This document shows, one piece after another, positions 13,101 through 24,060 of a stretch of 64,000 bases of DNA; within the stretch, counting starts at the first letter, position 1, and every line of letters begins with the position of its first letter. This DNA comes from Epiperipatus broadwayi (lineage: Eukaryota > Animalia > Onychophora): positions 7,688,001 through 7,752,000 of the forward strand of contig JAQFVV010000010.1 of NCBI GenBank assembly GCA_028023455.1, given 5' to 3'. Under the pieces are notes generated by a model, which worked only from the letters and a program-made list of their open reading frames with translations, did not search any database and had not been told where the DNA came from. A program made the position numbers and the translations under genes.

Positions 13101-14817
13101 AAACCATAGTACAATAGATTTACTATACATATCTTTACAACCCATTGATTAAATAATTAGTTTGAATATATATAAACAATAAAGTTTGAAATTTATAAAT
13201 TTTACATCTAGCATCTATGAATCAATGTATGAATTATCAAATTAAAATTTTGTTCAAAATACTCAAAGCACAGTTATTCTCTCTAGGCATTTGAAAAAAA
13301 AGAGAAAAAAACATTCACATCCATACTCATTCACATACATTTAAGAAGTACATATGTAAATATGCTTCTTCTCAATTTAGTGTGTGGACATAGTTCAACT
13401 GTAATTTTTAGTGATAAAATTTCATGTGAACTCCTGAGTATTTGATTATTATTACTAAATTATTTTTCATTACTAATTATTCTATTTTTATTGCTATCTT
13501 AATGTGTATAATTTTTAACCAGCATTAATTTTGTTTGAAAGAACAAGTTCTATAAATACATAAATAATCCTACACTATTAACAGAAATGTGTTGGAAGAA
13601 AATATATAATTTATAAAGGTAATGCTTTTTAATTTCAAACAACAACATTAATAATCATGTATTTGAAGTAAACATAATAATTAAAATAATTTCTATAGAT
13701 GTAAGGCATATATAATTTTAAGTAATAAACTTTATTAACCAAACCCTAAATATGTACAGGAAATATCTACAAATTAGTTTTGATTCACTTTATCCATTAC
13801 CATAAATTTACTGATATTTTCCCAAAAACACCACAATGTGAGTCTATAAGATGTTAAAAATGTATATATACTTTATCATCATCTATTGATTTCAATAGCC
13901 ACATGAAAGCTCAGAACTAAATGGTGTGAATACACTAGACATTATATTATCAACAAAAAAAATGCTCAAAATTTAAAATTTAAATATTGCATTGCTATGA
14001 GAAAAATTACTGGCATATTCAAACTTACTTTCTTACAATAACTATCAGTTTTTTAAACATATCCTTTCAACAGAAATTAAATTGTCTCATAAAAATTATA
14101 CAAACAAAAAAACTTTCACCCTCTAATGTATCTGAAATCAAGATCTTTCTGGGTATAAACAACAGAAAAATTATGATGCAAAAATATGAAATCACAAACA
14201 AATTTTCAGATGCAACAATAAAGCAAGTGATCTTCCTTGATGTTATTTGCCTCTGACCGAATAATTTAAAACCGTTCACTCACTTATATTTTCCTGATCC
14301 AAAAATAAAACTAAGCCCCCATCTAGTTGAGGCAAATTTATCATAAATTGTAAAATATCTTGAAGTTAAGCTGAAAATTTATCTTCTAGTTGTAATCTCT
14401 ATAGTTTTCTTTATAATGGTTATGAATGGTTAGCGTCAATAAAAAAAAAAAAAAAATCCATATGCTAGATTTTTTTAAAAAGATGATCTTTATTAAAAAT
14501 TTAGAAATATATAGTAAAATTTATGAAATAAAAGATTATTAAATTAGTACAGAATTTTTAAAATAGAAGGAACTAAACCAAATGAACATAAAACATAATA
14601 AGGGTGTTAAAACCATAGGAAGTATAACAATAACAACAATAACAAAAAATTGAAACCGCTATATAAAAAACTACCAATAAAACAAATTTCTATTTTTTCA
14701 GTAAGCATGAAATCTCAAATACAGAGATTAAATGTTCAGAACTTTATTGCATCAATAGTCATACTGGAAATGTGCTGGGATTATTAGTTTATGTGAAGAC
14801 GTGACAAAATACTAGAG

Positions 14818-15312
14818 CAGGGGTGGGCAATTGTTTTGGCTCAAGGGCCACAGAGGTTGGCATAGGGCCGCATCGGGGGCCACTTTGTGGAAGCAAAGTT
14901 TAGCGGAGGGCTACACCTTTTTTTCATGACACAATAAACACACTGCTTTATTCCCTGTATTACCAAAGAAATATTTGTTTGTTCATTCTTCATTAAGCAC
15001 ATGATATTCATCACTGATTTTACATTTTTTCAGAGGGTTCATGGTTTCACTAAAGTTGGAAATGTATATATTTGCTAATGCAAAGACAAAATTGAAAATA
15101 ACCAGATCAACTGGAAAAGCACTGCACATCATATCTGCACTGCACATGTGTATTGATGTGGCCATCATAGTGGAAAATACAAGATGAATCTTCAGTCTCA
15201 CACAAAAAAGAAATCTCAGTTCAAGGCAGATTTTTCTGATTGTCTTGGAGGGCCGCATAAAACCTCTTAGCAGGCCGCATGTGTCCCCCGGGCCACTATT
15301 TGCCCACCCCTG
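14818..15312. mobile_element. hAT (Charlie-type) MITE, 495 bp
   Basis: Perfect TIR CAGGGGTGGGCAA...TTGCCCACCCCTG. Perfect 8-bp TSD TACTAGAG at 14810-14817 and 15313-15320. Subterminal GGCCGCA/GGGCCAC repeats. Confidence 0.95.
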
Positions 15313-15943
15313 TACTAGAGGAATATACTACACACAGTAATTTGTATGGTTTTAATTTTATATTAATGATGGAATAATAATTATACAAAATCCATTCAAC
15401 ATACTGCTTATCAAGGAAGGTATTGCTTCTGCATGTGGCTGCTTCAAACTCAACAATTTCAGTAAATTTTAAACTACAGAATCTACAAATAAAACACGTC
15501 TTGAAAACGACAAGTGGACAACATAACCATGGGTCTAAATTAATATCTTTTTAGTAATAAATCATTTTTAAATTGACATATTAAAATATAATAAATATAT
15601 ATAACAAATAGCATTTTTTCATACATACTTTTTTCCAAATATCTATTTTTTAAGTATACATCTGTATATAATTAAAGCAAATGATAAATACTTTAAAAAT
15701 TTTATTTAAAAAAAAAAAGGTTGCCATAAACATATTAGCTGAAAGCATCTTGATTTGATCCCAGGCCAAGAGAAAAAAGCTTATAAACAAAATAACTTTT
15801 TATGATGTTTGCTTATATTTAAAATGCTTTTTTCATTCAGAAAAATGTCAATTAGTGCTTCCTGGATTAACTTTAAAAAAAAAAAAAACAACCTAGTTGT
15901 AGATATCATGACATCGTATTTCACAAAAATATAAAAAAATATT

Positions 15944-16075
15944 AACATGTAAATATATATTGGAGATCGTTTACCTTTTTCACATGTATGTGGTCATGTC
16001 TATTGGTTATATTAAACAAAGTAGATGACTGTGGGAAGTTTGAAAGTCTAGATTCAAATCCCTTTAATTACTCAT
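15944..16075 (+). mobile_element. Dispersed fragment of hammerhead repeat family A
   Basis: TTGGAGATCGTTTACCTTTTTCACATGTATGTGGTCATG...TTGAAAGTCTAGATTCAAATCCCTTTAATTAC matches the units at 49230-49345 and 53474-53586. Confidence 0.8.
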
Positions 16076-19000
16076 AAAAATAATTATTTTTTAAAAATAT
16101 ATTTATATTAATTAGAGCAAAAGGATATGTTAGTAAAACTCATTCTATAATAAAAAAAATTACTTAATACCTTGCTCCGAGGTTATACGTTATTAAAAAA
16201 AATCTTAGTGTTAATTTTGATGTTTGTTGATATCTGAATATTTTTAGATAATTAAGATGATATACCTTAATAGTTCTCTGTTCCTGTTGCAAATATAGTC
16301 AATTTCATTAAAATCAGCAAATAGTATGTATATTTACATGAAATTTGTACTATACATATAATCATTAAACAAAGTAACTATTTTGAATATAATACTTTAG
16401 TAAAATGTATTGATATTTTTTAAAAGGTTAGTTAGTTAATTGTAAAGGAAAATTAAAAACTAGTTAAACAAATGTATTTATGACATTTATAAATGAATAC
16501 AGAAGTTAGATATTAACAACAACAAAAAAAGACTAATGCAAAATAAATAAATATGAATGCAAAAAGTAAAAAATGAAACGTATTGTGGAATGCATGGTTA
16601 ATTCCAAAAAAATAGTACAGAAGTAGCAATATTAAAGTGACATGTGTCTGTATACACACGACAAATAAAGCTTTTACTTGTCTATGCATATTGTAATTTC
16701 ATTTATACATATATACCCTAGTAACAATAATACACACAGAATTGAATCGACATTATATAATAAATTCCTTTTTTTTTTAGTCCAATATAATACGGTAATA
16801 CAACATTTTATAACGTTGATTTTTTAAACTTTCGCAGGCAGAAAACGAGGGGGGGGGATATTAGTAATCTAATAATATTTACTTTAAAAAACATAACGTA
16901 AAACAGATTATGAAAATATGCACTTCAACAATACAGCATGTTGTGCTAGGCTCATTTCCAAGCTAGCTCCACATGCGTGAAAGCTACCTTATTAGAAAAT
17001 TTAGCTGTCCTGAATATGGAAATGACATGAGTGGGCGTGTTGGCCAGGCTGCAGGGTCAAACCTGCTGTTGTGAAAACACTCCTAATATATTATTGGCCT
17101 CGAGTGAAAAAGTAAAAAAATCTACTCCAGACGCGTTGCCCAGTTTTCATTCTAATCTTTTATTAAAAGTAATATTTTAGTTATTAATAGAAAAATTAAA
17201 AACTTTTTTTTTAAAAAAAAAAACACCACCCAGCATTTTCATAAACTAATAAAATAGAATTGAAAATATTTAGTTGTGTAAGATAAGACGTGAGCTCTGA
17301 CACAGTCTAATTCTTATTCAAAGGAAATGATCTCACAGCTTGGATATTGAAAACTATTCATTCACCATTTCCCAACCAAATCAATCAGTACGATCATTAC
17401 AATTAATTTGTTTTATACCTCATTATTTGATTTTTTTTTTTTTAATTTTTTTTTTGAACTCTGAGCGTTGTGCAAATAAATGTACACAATGTCTTCTGAC
17501 AATAATTTACAAATTAATACTAAAAATACATGTATACAAATCTGCAGAATTATGGTGGCTCTGCTAAATAAAGCTTGCAACATGTTTAATACATTGTTGC
17601 CAATATTTGAATGAGGCCAACACAACATCAGAAAAATATATATATATTGAAATTAATTTATTTCTCAAATAACTTAACCCGACAAAAATATAAATTAAAA
17701 GTTTTGGCATGATTAGTTGATATATTATCCATTCATAAGCCAACAAAGTTTTCAATCTTCTAGCTCGATATCAAAGCAAGCTTGAAGTTGCAGAGGCAAT
17801 CCCAAAATATTCTAACATGCTTACATTTTAAAAAGATGTTTGACAATTAAAAAAGATTTCAAGTTTGTACTCACTTTGCTGACATCACCAATTTAGAAAA
17901 TTTAGGCACACCATGTTACTTGTGGCCATAAACAATTATAATTCTTTGATGCAGGCAAAAAAAATATACACACACATGTATAATTCTCATAATACGGCAG
18001 CTAAAGAGCCTTGATGGGCGATGATGTGCAAATCACAGAAGCAAGCGAATGAGCCAAGGCCCGTTCAATAAAATAATCTGGCACAGAGTAAGGGCAACTA
18101 ATAAATAAAAAGTCAAGGTCAAATATTAGTTTAAGTTATGAACCCACCAAATACTTCACACAATTAAAAAGTCAACCTGTATTACCTATAATGAATGAGA
18201 TATTCCTTCTAGCGCCATCTACGTTTAATTCACAATTTACTAACTTCGTTTGGAGATTTAGTTTATTTTAATTAATAATATATTATTATGACTAATATAT
18301 TTTTTGTTCTAAAAAACCTCCAGATATTTGGCAAGTTTTTTTTTTTAAAAAAAAACAAACAATTAAGCACAATTACATTTTGGAAAACAAAAATACAGAG
18401 GGGGGGGGGAAGGCAATGCAAGCAGTTTACCACTCAAAACTTTTAAAAATTACAAATGTGCAAAACGAATAATAATGTAAATATACCTACAATATTTATA
18501 TACAAATACATACATACACAAACATGTAATCGCATGTATGAATATAGAATGAATGAATGAAAATTGAGAAAATAATATAAATACTGCGTAATCTCCAAGT
18601 TAATTATTCGACAATACCGATTTCAAGTACAGTTATGGCAAATAGCTAATCTCTTAAAAAAAAAAAACATCAAGGTATATCAGACAATTATTAATATCAA
18701 TTCAAATACAATCTTCTTTATAAATAGTTTGATATGATGAACAAATCAAATAAATGGGATTTTAACATTAAACAATAAGGGGGAAAAAATCTAGATGATG
18801 GAATTCAAACTATAGTACAGATTTTTTTTTTTAAAAAAAGGTTAAGTATGCATCCATGTACCACTAACAATATGATATAATAGAGAAATATAAAAGGCAA
18901 AAGTGCATCTCCGTAACATATATGAAATAAATTTTTTTAAGTTCCCTACTATCACTTTTTCTCTTCTGATTTATTTAACTCCATCTTAATGCAGCTTGCT

Positions 19001-19298
19001 CAATATACAATTCTTTATCATATTTTGAATAGATTTACATTACTGAAGCTTCATAATCATGAACTCAATATTATCACAATCCATGCTTTATTCAATGATT
19101 AATTTCTTTCATTATATTAAAATCCCTGAAAATATATTGTTTAAGAAATTTCTACCTATTCATATTTTCTAAATACCTGTCTACTTTTGTAATGTAGTAG
19201 TAGTTTGCTGCTTATTTGTCTCCCATTCATTTTAAATTTTCATCTGATGACTATAATTTTATCACATTCACTATACCCATATACCAACATCATCATTA

Positions 19299-19634
19299 TC
19301 AACCATTATCAATCCACTGCAGGATGAAGGTCTCTCCAAGTTTAATCCATCTTCTCCGATCTTTAGCTTCTCTTCTCCACATCACCCCTGCACACTTTCT
19401 TATTTCATCCATCCATCTCACATGTGGTCTCTTTCTGGGTCTTTTACAATCTCTTGGAATCCAGTTTAAAATTTTAATTGTCCATCTATTATCATCTCTT
19501 CTAACAATATGTCCAGCCCAACTCCACTTCAATCTTTTAATTTTTTCAATGAGGTCAGTAACACCTGTTTGTTCTCTTACCCATACATTGCGTTTACGAT
19601 CTCTTCTTGTTACTCCCAACATACATCTCTCCAT
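19299..19634 (-). pseudogene. RTE ORF2 C-terminal segment, separated from the RT by a frameshift
   Basis: KRLKWSWAGHIVRRDDNRWT...WIPR..KRPR.RP..RW is the typical RTE C-terminus. It is out of frame with the RT because of a 29-nt deletion near 19720. Confidence 0.9.
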
Positions 19635-19674
19635 ACTTCTTTGAGTGGTCTGAAGTCTCTGAATTGCTCTTCTA

Positions 19675-21216
19675 TTAAGTGTCCAAGTTCCAGATCCATA
19701 AGTAAGAACTGGTAAAACACATAGGCATATTTCCTTTTAGTATCAAGTTATTTCTACCAAAAGCACTCCAACCAAGTTTAATTCTATGATTAATTTCCTC
19801 CATTATGTTTCCATCTGTATTAATAATCTGACCAAGGTATTTGTAACTGTTAACTTCTTCTAATTCATCATAATCAATCTTTATTTTCATATTTTGAGCA
19901 AATCGATTAAACATTACTTTAGTCTTTTTAACATTTATCTTTAGTCCTACTTTCCTACTTTCATCTGATAATTCCTGCAACATTTCCTGCAGATCTGAAG
20001 CATTATTTGCAAAAACAACTACATCATCTGCGAAATCTAAATGACTTAAATAATCACCATTTACTTTCACTTCTTTAGTTTCCCATTTTAATCCACAAAA
20101 TACTTCATGCAGCACTGCTGTAAAAAGTTTTGGAGATATGGAGTCACCTTGTCTTACACCTTTCTCAATGTTGACTTTCCCAGTGTCATTATGTAATCTA
20201 ATTGTTGCTGTTGCATTTTTATAAATATTCTTTAAAATATGACAATATCCTGGATCTATACCTTGATGATCTAATGCTTTAATCACTGAAGAAATGTTTA
20301 TAGAATCAAATGCCTTTTCATAATCTACAAATCCTAAACATAATGGCAACTCATATTCATTTGTTCTTTCTATAACTTCTCTCAATACCTGGATATGATC
20401 TACTGTACTAAAACCACTTTTAAATCCGGCTTGTTCTCTTGGTTGGTGGAAGTCCAATGTTCTCTGTAGACGAGTAGTAATTATCTTGGTAAAAATTTTA
20501 TATAAAACTGATAAAAGGCTGATAGGTCTGTAATTTCTAATATCTTCTTTATCACCTTTTTTAAATATTAATATTATTACTGCATTCTTCCAATCATCCA
20601 GTACATCTTTATCATTTAGACATTTGGTATATAACTTTGCTAAAAAATTTTCTATTTCTTCACCTGCTTCTTTTAATATATCAATTATAATTCCATCATT
20701 ACCTGGAGCTTTTCCTTTCTTCATACATTTAATTGCATGTCTCACTTCTTCATTTAAAATTCTGGGCAATTTGGAAGATGTAATAGATATAGGAGGTACT
20801 TGTTCTTTATTACTATATAATTCTTGATAAAAATCTTCTACCAATTTCATGATGTCATCTCTCCTTTTAGTAATAATTCCATCTTTTTTTCTTATTGCAG
20901 ATATAAATTTCCTACCAATACCAAAATGTTGTTTTACATTCTTAAGACTTTTATTTTCTTCTACAGCTTTCCTTGCTAGTTCACAGTTATACTTTCTTAT
21001 ATCATTTTCAACTCTTTTCCGCACCATTTTACAAAATTCGAGATATTCAATTCTTTTTAATGCATCATTTTTGTATATCTTCATATTCCTTCTTTTCTTC
21101 ATAAATTCTCTAGTCTCAGTAGAAATTTTATTGGTCAATTGCTGTTTCTTTCTACCAGCTATCTTTGTTGCAGTTTTCAAAAGTGTATTAGTTATTTTCA
21201 TATTAATTTCATTCAA
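19675..21216 (-). CDS. RTE reverse transcriptase ORF fragment (513 aa)
   Basis: Open frame with KAPGNDG, IFKKGDKEDIRNYRPISLL, QAGFKSG, FVDYEKAFDS, KGVRQGDSISPKLF, LDFADDVV and YKYLGQ. Confidence 0.93.
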   Translation of the reverse strand: MNEINMKITNTLLKTATKIAGRKKQQLTNKISTETREFMKKRRNMKIYKNDALKRIEYLEFCKMVRKRVENDIRKYNCELARKAVEENKSLKNVKQHFGIGRKFISAIRKKDGIITKRRDDIMKLVEDFYQELYSNKEQVPPISITSSKLPRILNEEVRHAIKCMKKGKAPGNDGIIIDILKEAGEEIENFLAKLYTKCLNDKDVLDDWKNAVIILIFKKGDKEDIRNYRPISLLSVLYKIFTKIITTRLQRTLDFHQPREQAGFKSGFSTVDHIQVLREVIERTNEYELPLCLGFVDYEKAFDSINISSVIKALDHQGIDPGYCHILKNIYKNATATIRLHNDTGKVNIEKGVRQGDSISPKLFTAVLHEVFCGLKWETKEVKVNGDYLSHLDFADDVVVFANNASDLQEMLQELSDESRKVGLKINVKKTKVMFNRFAQNMKIKIDYDELEEVNSYKYLGQIINTDGNIMEEINHRIKLGWSAFGRNNLILKGNMPMCFTSSYLWIWNLDT

Positions 21217-21299
21217 ATCTGAATCATGTTCAAAATCTACTAATACTTGAAACCGATTTGTAAGTTCTAATTTAAATTCATTAGAATGTTTCTGAAGAT

Positions 21300-22075
21300 T
21301 AGGAATATCAACTGTAAATATTGTTTTTCTTAATTTTTGTCTCTCTAGTTTTACATTAACAAGTATCTTACACCTTACTAATCGATGATCACTTCCTGTG
21401 TTAAATTTATTAAGAACATTACAATCTTGAAATATGTTTTCCTGTTAGTCAAAATATAATCCAATTCTGCTGTACCTTCATTTGGATGCTTCCATGTCCA
21501 TTTCCTTTTAACATTTTTCTAAAAAAAAGAATTCATTAACTCCACAAGTCTATGTCCTCTCTCATTTCTATTACCATAACCAAAATTATCCACAACACTT
21601 TCATCTTTCATTTTTTTTTACTAATTCTAGCATTAAAGTCTCCCATAACAATTTTAAAATGGTGTTTACTCTGATCAAAAGCCTTTTGTACATCCATATA
21701 AAAATCTTATACTACTTCATCACTATGAGAACTTGTTGGGGCATAAACCTGAATTATCTGCATTTGGTATCTGCTATTAAGTTGTATAACTAATCTTGCC
21801 ACTCTGTCCGATACACCATCAATCTCCACAATATTGTTCTTCCACTTTTTATTTATAATGAATCCTACTCCACTTGTATTTCCAATATTTGTGCCTTTAT
21901 AATAGAGTATATGTCCACTTTTTAAATCAATTGTCTCTTCACCTTTTCTTCTAACTTCACAAAGTCCAATAATGTCCCATTTAATATAAGAGAGTTCTTC
22001 TTCTAATTCTTGCAATCTTCCTTCACTTGAAAGTGATCTGCAGTTGTAAGTACCTAAATAAAAAGTCGTCATCAA
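21300..22075 (-). pseudogene. RTE AP-endonuclease domain, disrupted
   Basis: ORF 21707-22075 (LGTYNCRSL...WDIIGLCEVRR...IIQVYAPT) ends at a premature TAA. GDFNARI, WTWKHPN, ELDYILTN and GSDHRL follow in shifted frames. Confidence 0.9.
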
Positions 22076-22095
22076 ATGGCAGCCTGGGTCCGCAA

Positions 22096-22200
22096 TCAGG
22101 GGATTCTTAGCACCCTCCGCCTTCGGCCACCAACGCTGCCTTGGTTGGTGACTTTACAGCCTTCTGGGAATAAGGGCCATGCTTTATTTTTGTCTGTCAT
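22096..22200 (-). CDS. Short RTE ORF1 (34 aa, MTDKNKAWPLFPEGCKVTNQGSVGGRRRRVLRIP) overlapping the ORF2 frame
   Basis: ATG at 22200 and TGA ending at 22096. The ORF2 frame (-1) is open from 22153 into the APE start. A short overlapping ORF1 is described for RTE-1-type elements. Confidence 0.5.
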   Translation of the reverse strand: MTDKNKAWPLFPEGCKVTNQGSVGGRRRRVLRIP

Positions 22201-22358
22201 AATTGTATATATGTATTGGGAAAATATTTATCATTTACACAAACATTCATTCTGCCGTATCAGGCACCGAGAAGAAAGACCATGATGTTTCTTGATCTTA
22301 AACTCAGAGGTAAAAAGCCAATAAACTCACCACGCTGGCTAATGCGTGTTGGTGAGCA

Positions 22359-22527
22359 GCCCATCCATGTTCGTATACTATATGAATAATCACATAGTAA
22401 TAACAGCTGCAACGACAAGAACGTATGGAGTGGACATTAGGAATTTGCCCTGCTCGGTTCCTTTAAGGCCTCCAAGAGGAATCAAAGGGTCTCCTTTCAG
22501 TTAATAGCAAAACTCCTTTCTGCAGCC
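22359..22527 (-). ncRNA. HDV-like (CPEB3-type) self-cleaving ribozyme
   Basis: P1 GGCUGCA/UGCAGCU with G1.U wobble. P2 GUCCA-C-UCCAU/AUGGAUGGGC. P3 ACG/CGU. L3 UUCUUGU. J1/4 GU. P4 UACUAUGUGA-UUAU-UCAUAUAGUA. J4/2 CGAAC with the catalytic C at 22373. The 85-nt J1/2 has its own stem. Confidence 0.9.
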
Positions 22528-22917
22528 TACCCATATATAATGACTATTAAAAATAATCATTATATAAAATAAATTTAAAAACCTGCAAATTGAAGACAAT
22601 ATGAATATTCTTCATTTACCAAGTTATTACATATATATTTAAAAGGAATTACTTTTTGTAAAATACTCTGCCTGCTTCCAAATTTATAGCATTTTACAAC
22701 TTTTTGCAGGTATGACTTAATTCTTTAAAATTTGTTATATTTATTGTGATAAAAAGATTTTGTTTAAAATATCTATCAATGCACACTAACATTATAATAT
22801 ATAATTATTATTTCAATTCTTTAACCATATGAGTATTTGGTTGTAGTTTTTATGAATAGCAAATATTTCTTTGTTAGATAAAACTTTTTAACACAACTAC
22901 CCCTAACAAATAAATAT

Positions 22918-24060
22918 AAGAACAAATGAATATGAGTTGCCATTATGCTTTAGATTTGTAGATTATGAAAAGGCATTTGATTCTATAAACATTTCTTCAG
23001 TGATTAAAGCATTGGATCAAGGTATAGATCCAGGATATTGTCATATTTTAAAGAATATTTATAAAAATGCAACAGCAACAATTAGATTACATAATGATAC
23101 TATGAAAGTCAACATTGAGAAGGGTGTAAGACAGGGTGACTCCATATCTCCAAAACTTTTTACAGCAGTGCTGCAAGAAGTATTTTGTGGATTAAAATGA
23201 GAAGCTAAAGGCATGAAAGTAAATGGAGATTATTTAAGTCATTTAGATTTTGCAGATGATGTAGTTGTTTTTGCAAATAATGCTTTAGAGCTACAGGTAG
23301 TGTTGCAGGAGTTATCAGATGAAAGTAGGACTAAAGATAAATGTTAAAAAGACTAAAGTAATGTTTAATGATATGAAAATAAAGATTGATTATGATGAGT
23401 TAGAAAAAGTTAACAGTTACAAATACCTTGGACAGATTATTCTGACAGATTGACTATGATGAGTTAGAAAAAGTTAACAGTTACAAATACCTTAGTCAGA
23501 TTATTAAGACAGATTGAAACATAATGAATGAAATTAATCATAGAATTAAACTTGGTTGGAGTGCTTTTGGTAGAAATAATTTGACATTAAAAGGAAATAT
23601 GCCTATGTATTTGAAAAGGAAAGTTTTTCATAAATGTGTTTTACCAGTTCTTATTTATGTATCTGAGACTTGGCCACTTAATAGGAGCACAATATAGAGA
23701 CTTCAGACCACTCAAAGAATTATGGAGATGCATGTTGGGAGTAACAAACAGATTGAAAAAGCAATATATGGGTAAAAGAACAAACAGGTGTTACTGACCT
23801 CATTGAAAAAAATAAAAGACTGAAGTGGAGTTGGGCTGGACATATTGCTAGAAAAGATGATAATAGATGGACAATTGAAATCTTAAAGTGGATTCCAAGA
23901 GATTATAAAAGATCCAGAAAGAGACCACATGTGAGATGGATGGATGAAATAAGAAAGTGTGCAGGGGTGATATGGAGAAGAGAAGCTGAAGATAGGAGAA
24001 GATAGATTGAACTTGGAGAGACCTTCATCCTGCAGTGGACTGATAATGGTTGATGATGAT
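22918..24060 (+). mobile_element. 5'-truncated second copy of the same RTE, inverted relative to copy 1
   Basis: Near-identical to the reverse complement of 19284-20365 (FVDYEKAFDS...GVRQGDSISP; same ...CCTGCAGTGG.(C/T)GATAATGGTTGATGATGAT end). It has internal stops and deletions. Confidence 0.95.
23383..23517 (+). repeat. 64-bp tandem duplication inside RTE copy 2
   Basis: AGATTGA(T/C)TATGATGAGTTAGAAAAAGTTAACAGTTACAAATACCTT repeats at 23383 and 23447. A third AGATTGA is at 23511. Confidence 0.9.

Larger units (their letters stand above)
19284..22527 (-). mobile_element. Full-length RTE-clade non-LTR retrotransposon (~3.24 kb), disabled
   Basis: APE motifs (TYN, GLCEVRR, GDFNA, LDYIL, SDH) and RT motifs (NYRPISLL, DYEKAFDS, GVRQGDSISP, FADD, YKYLG). 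The 3' UTR is very short and consists of GAT/TGA repeats. 10-bp TSD TACCCATATA at 19274-19283 and 22528-22537. Confidence 0.97.

Noticed and set aside
16930-17000. pre-miRNA-like hairpin
   Set aside because: The stem is too short and interrupted.
19216-21250. Plus-strand ORFs 19216-19644, 19509-19715, 20624-20827 and 20849-21250
   Set aside because: They are antisense shadows of the RTE ORF, with Ser/Leu/Phe/Ile-rich composition and no domain.
22076-22285. Plus-strand 69-aa ORF (MAAWVRNQ...)
   Set aside because: It is antisense to the GC-rich RTE leader and has no independent support.
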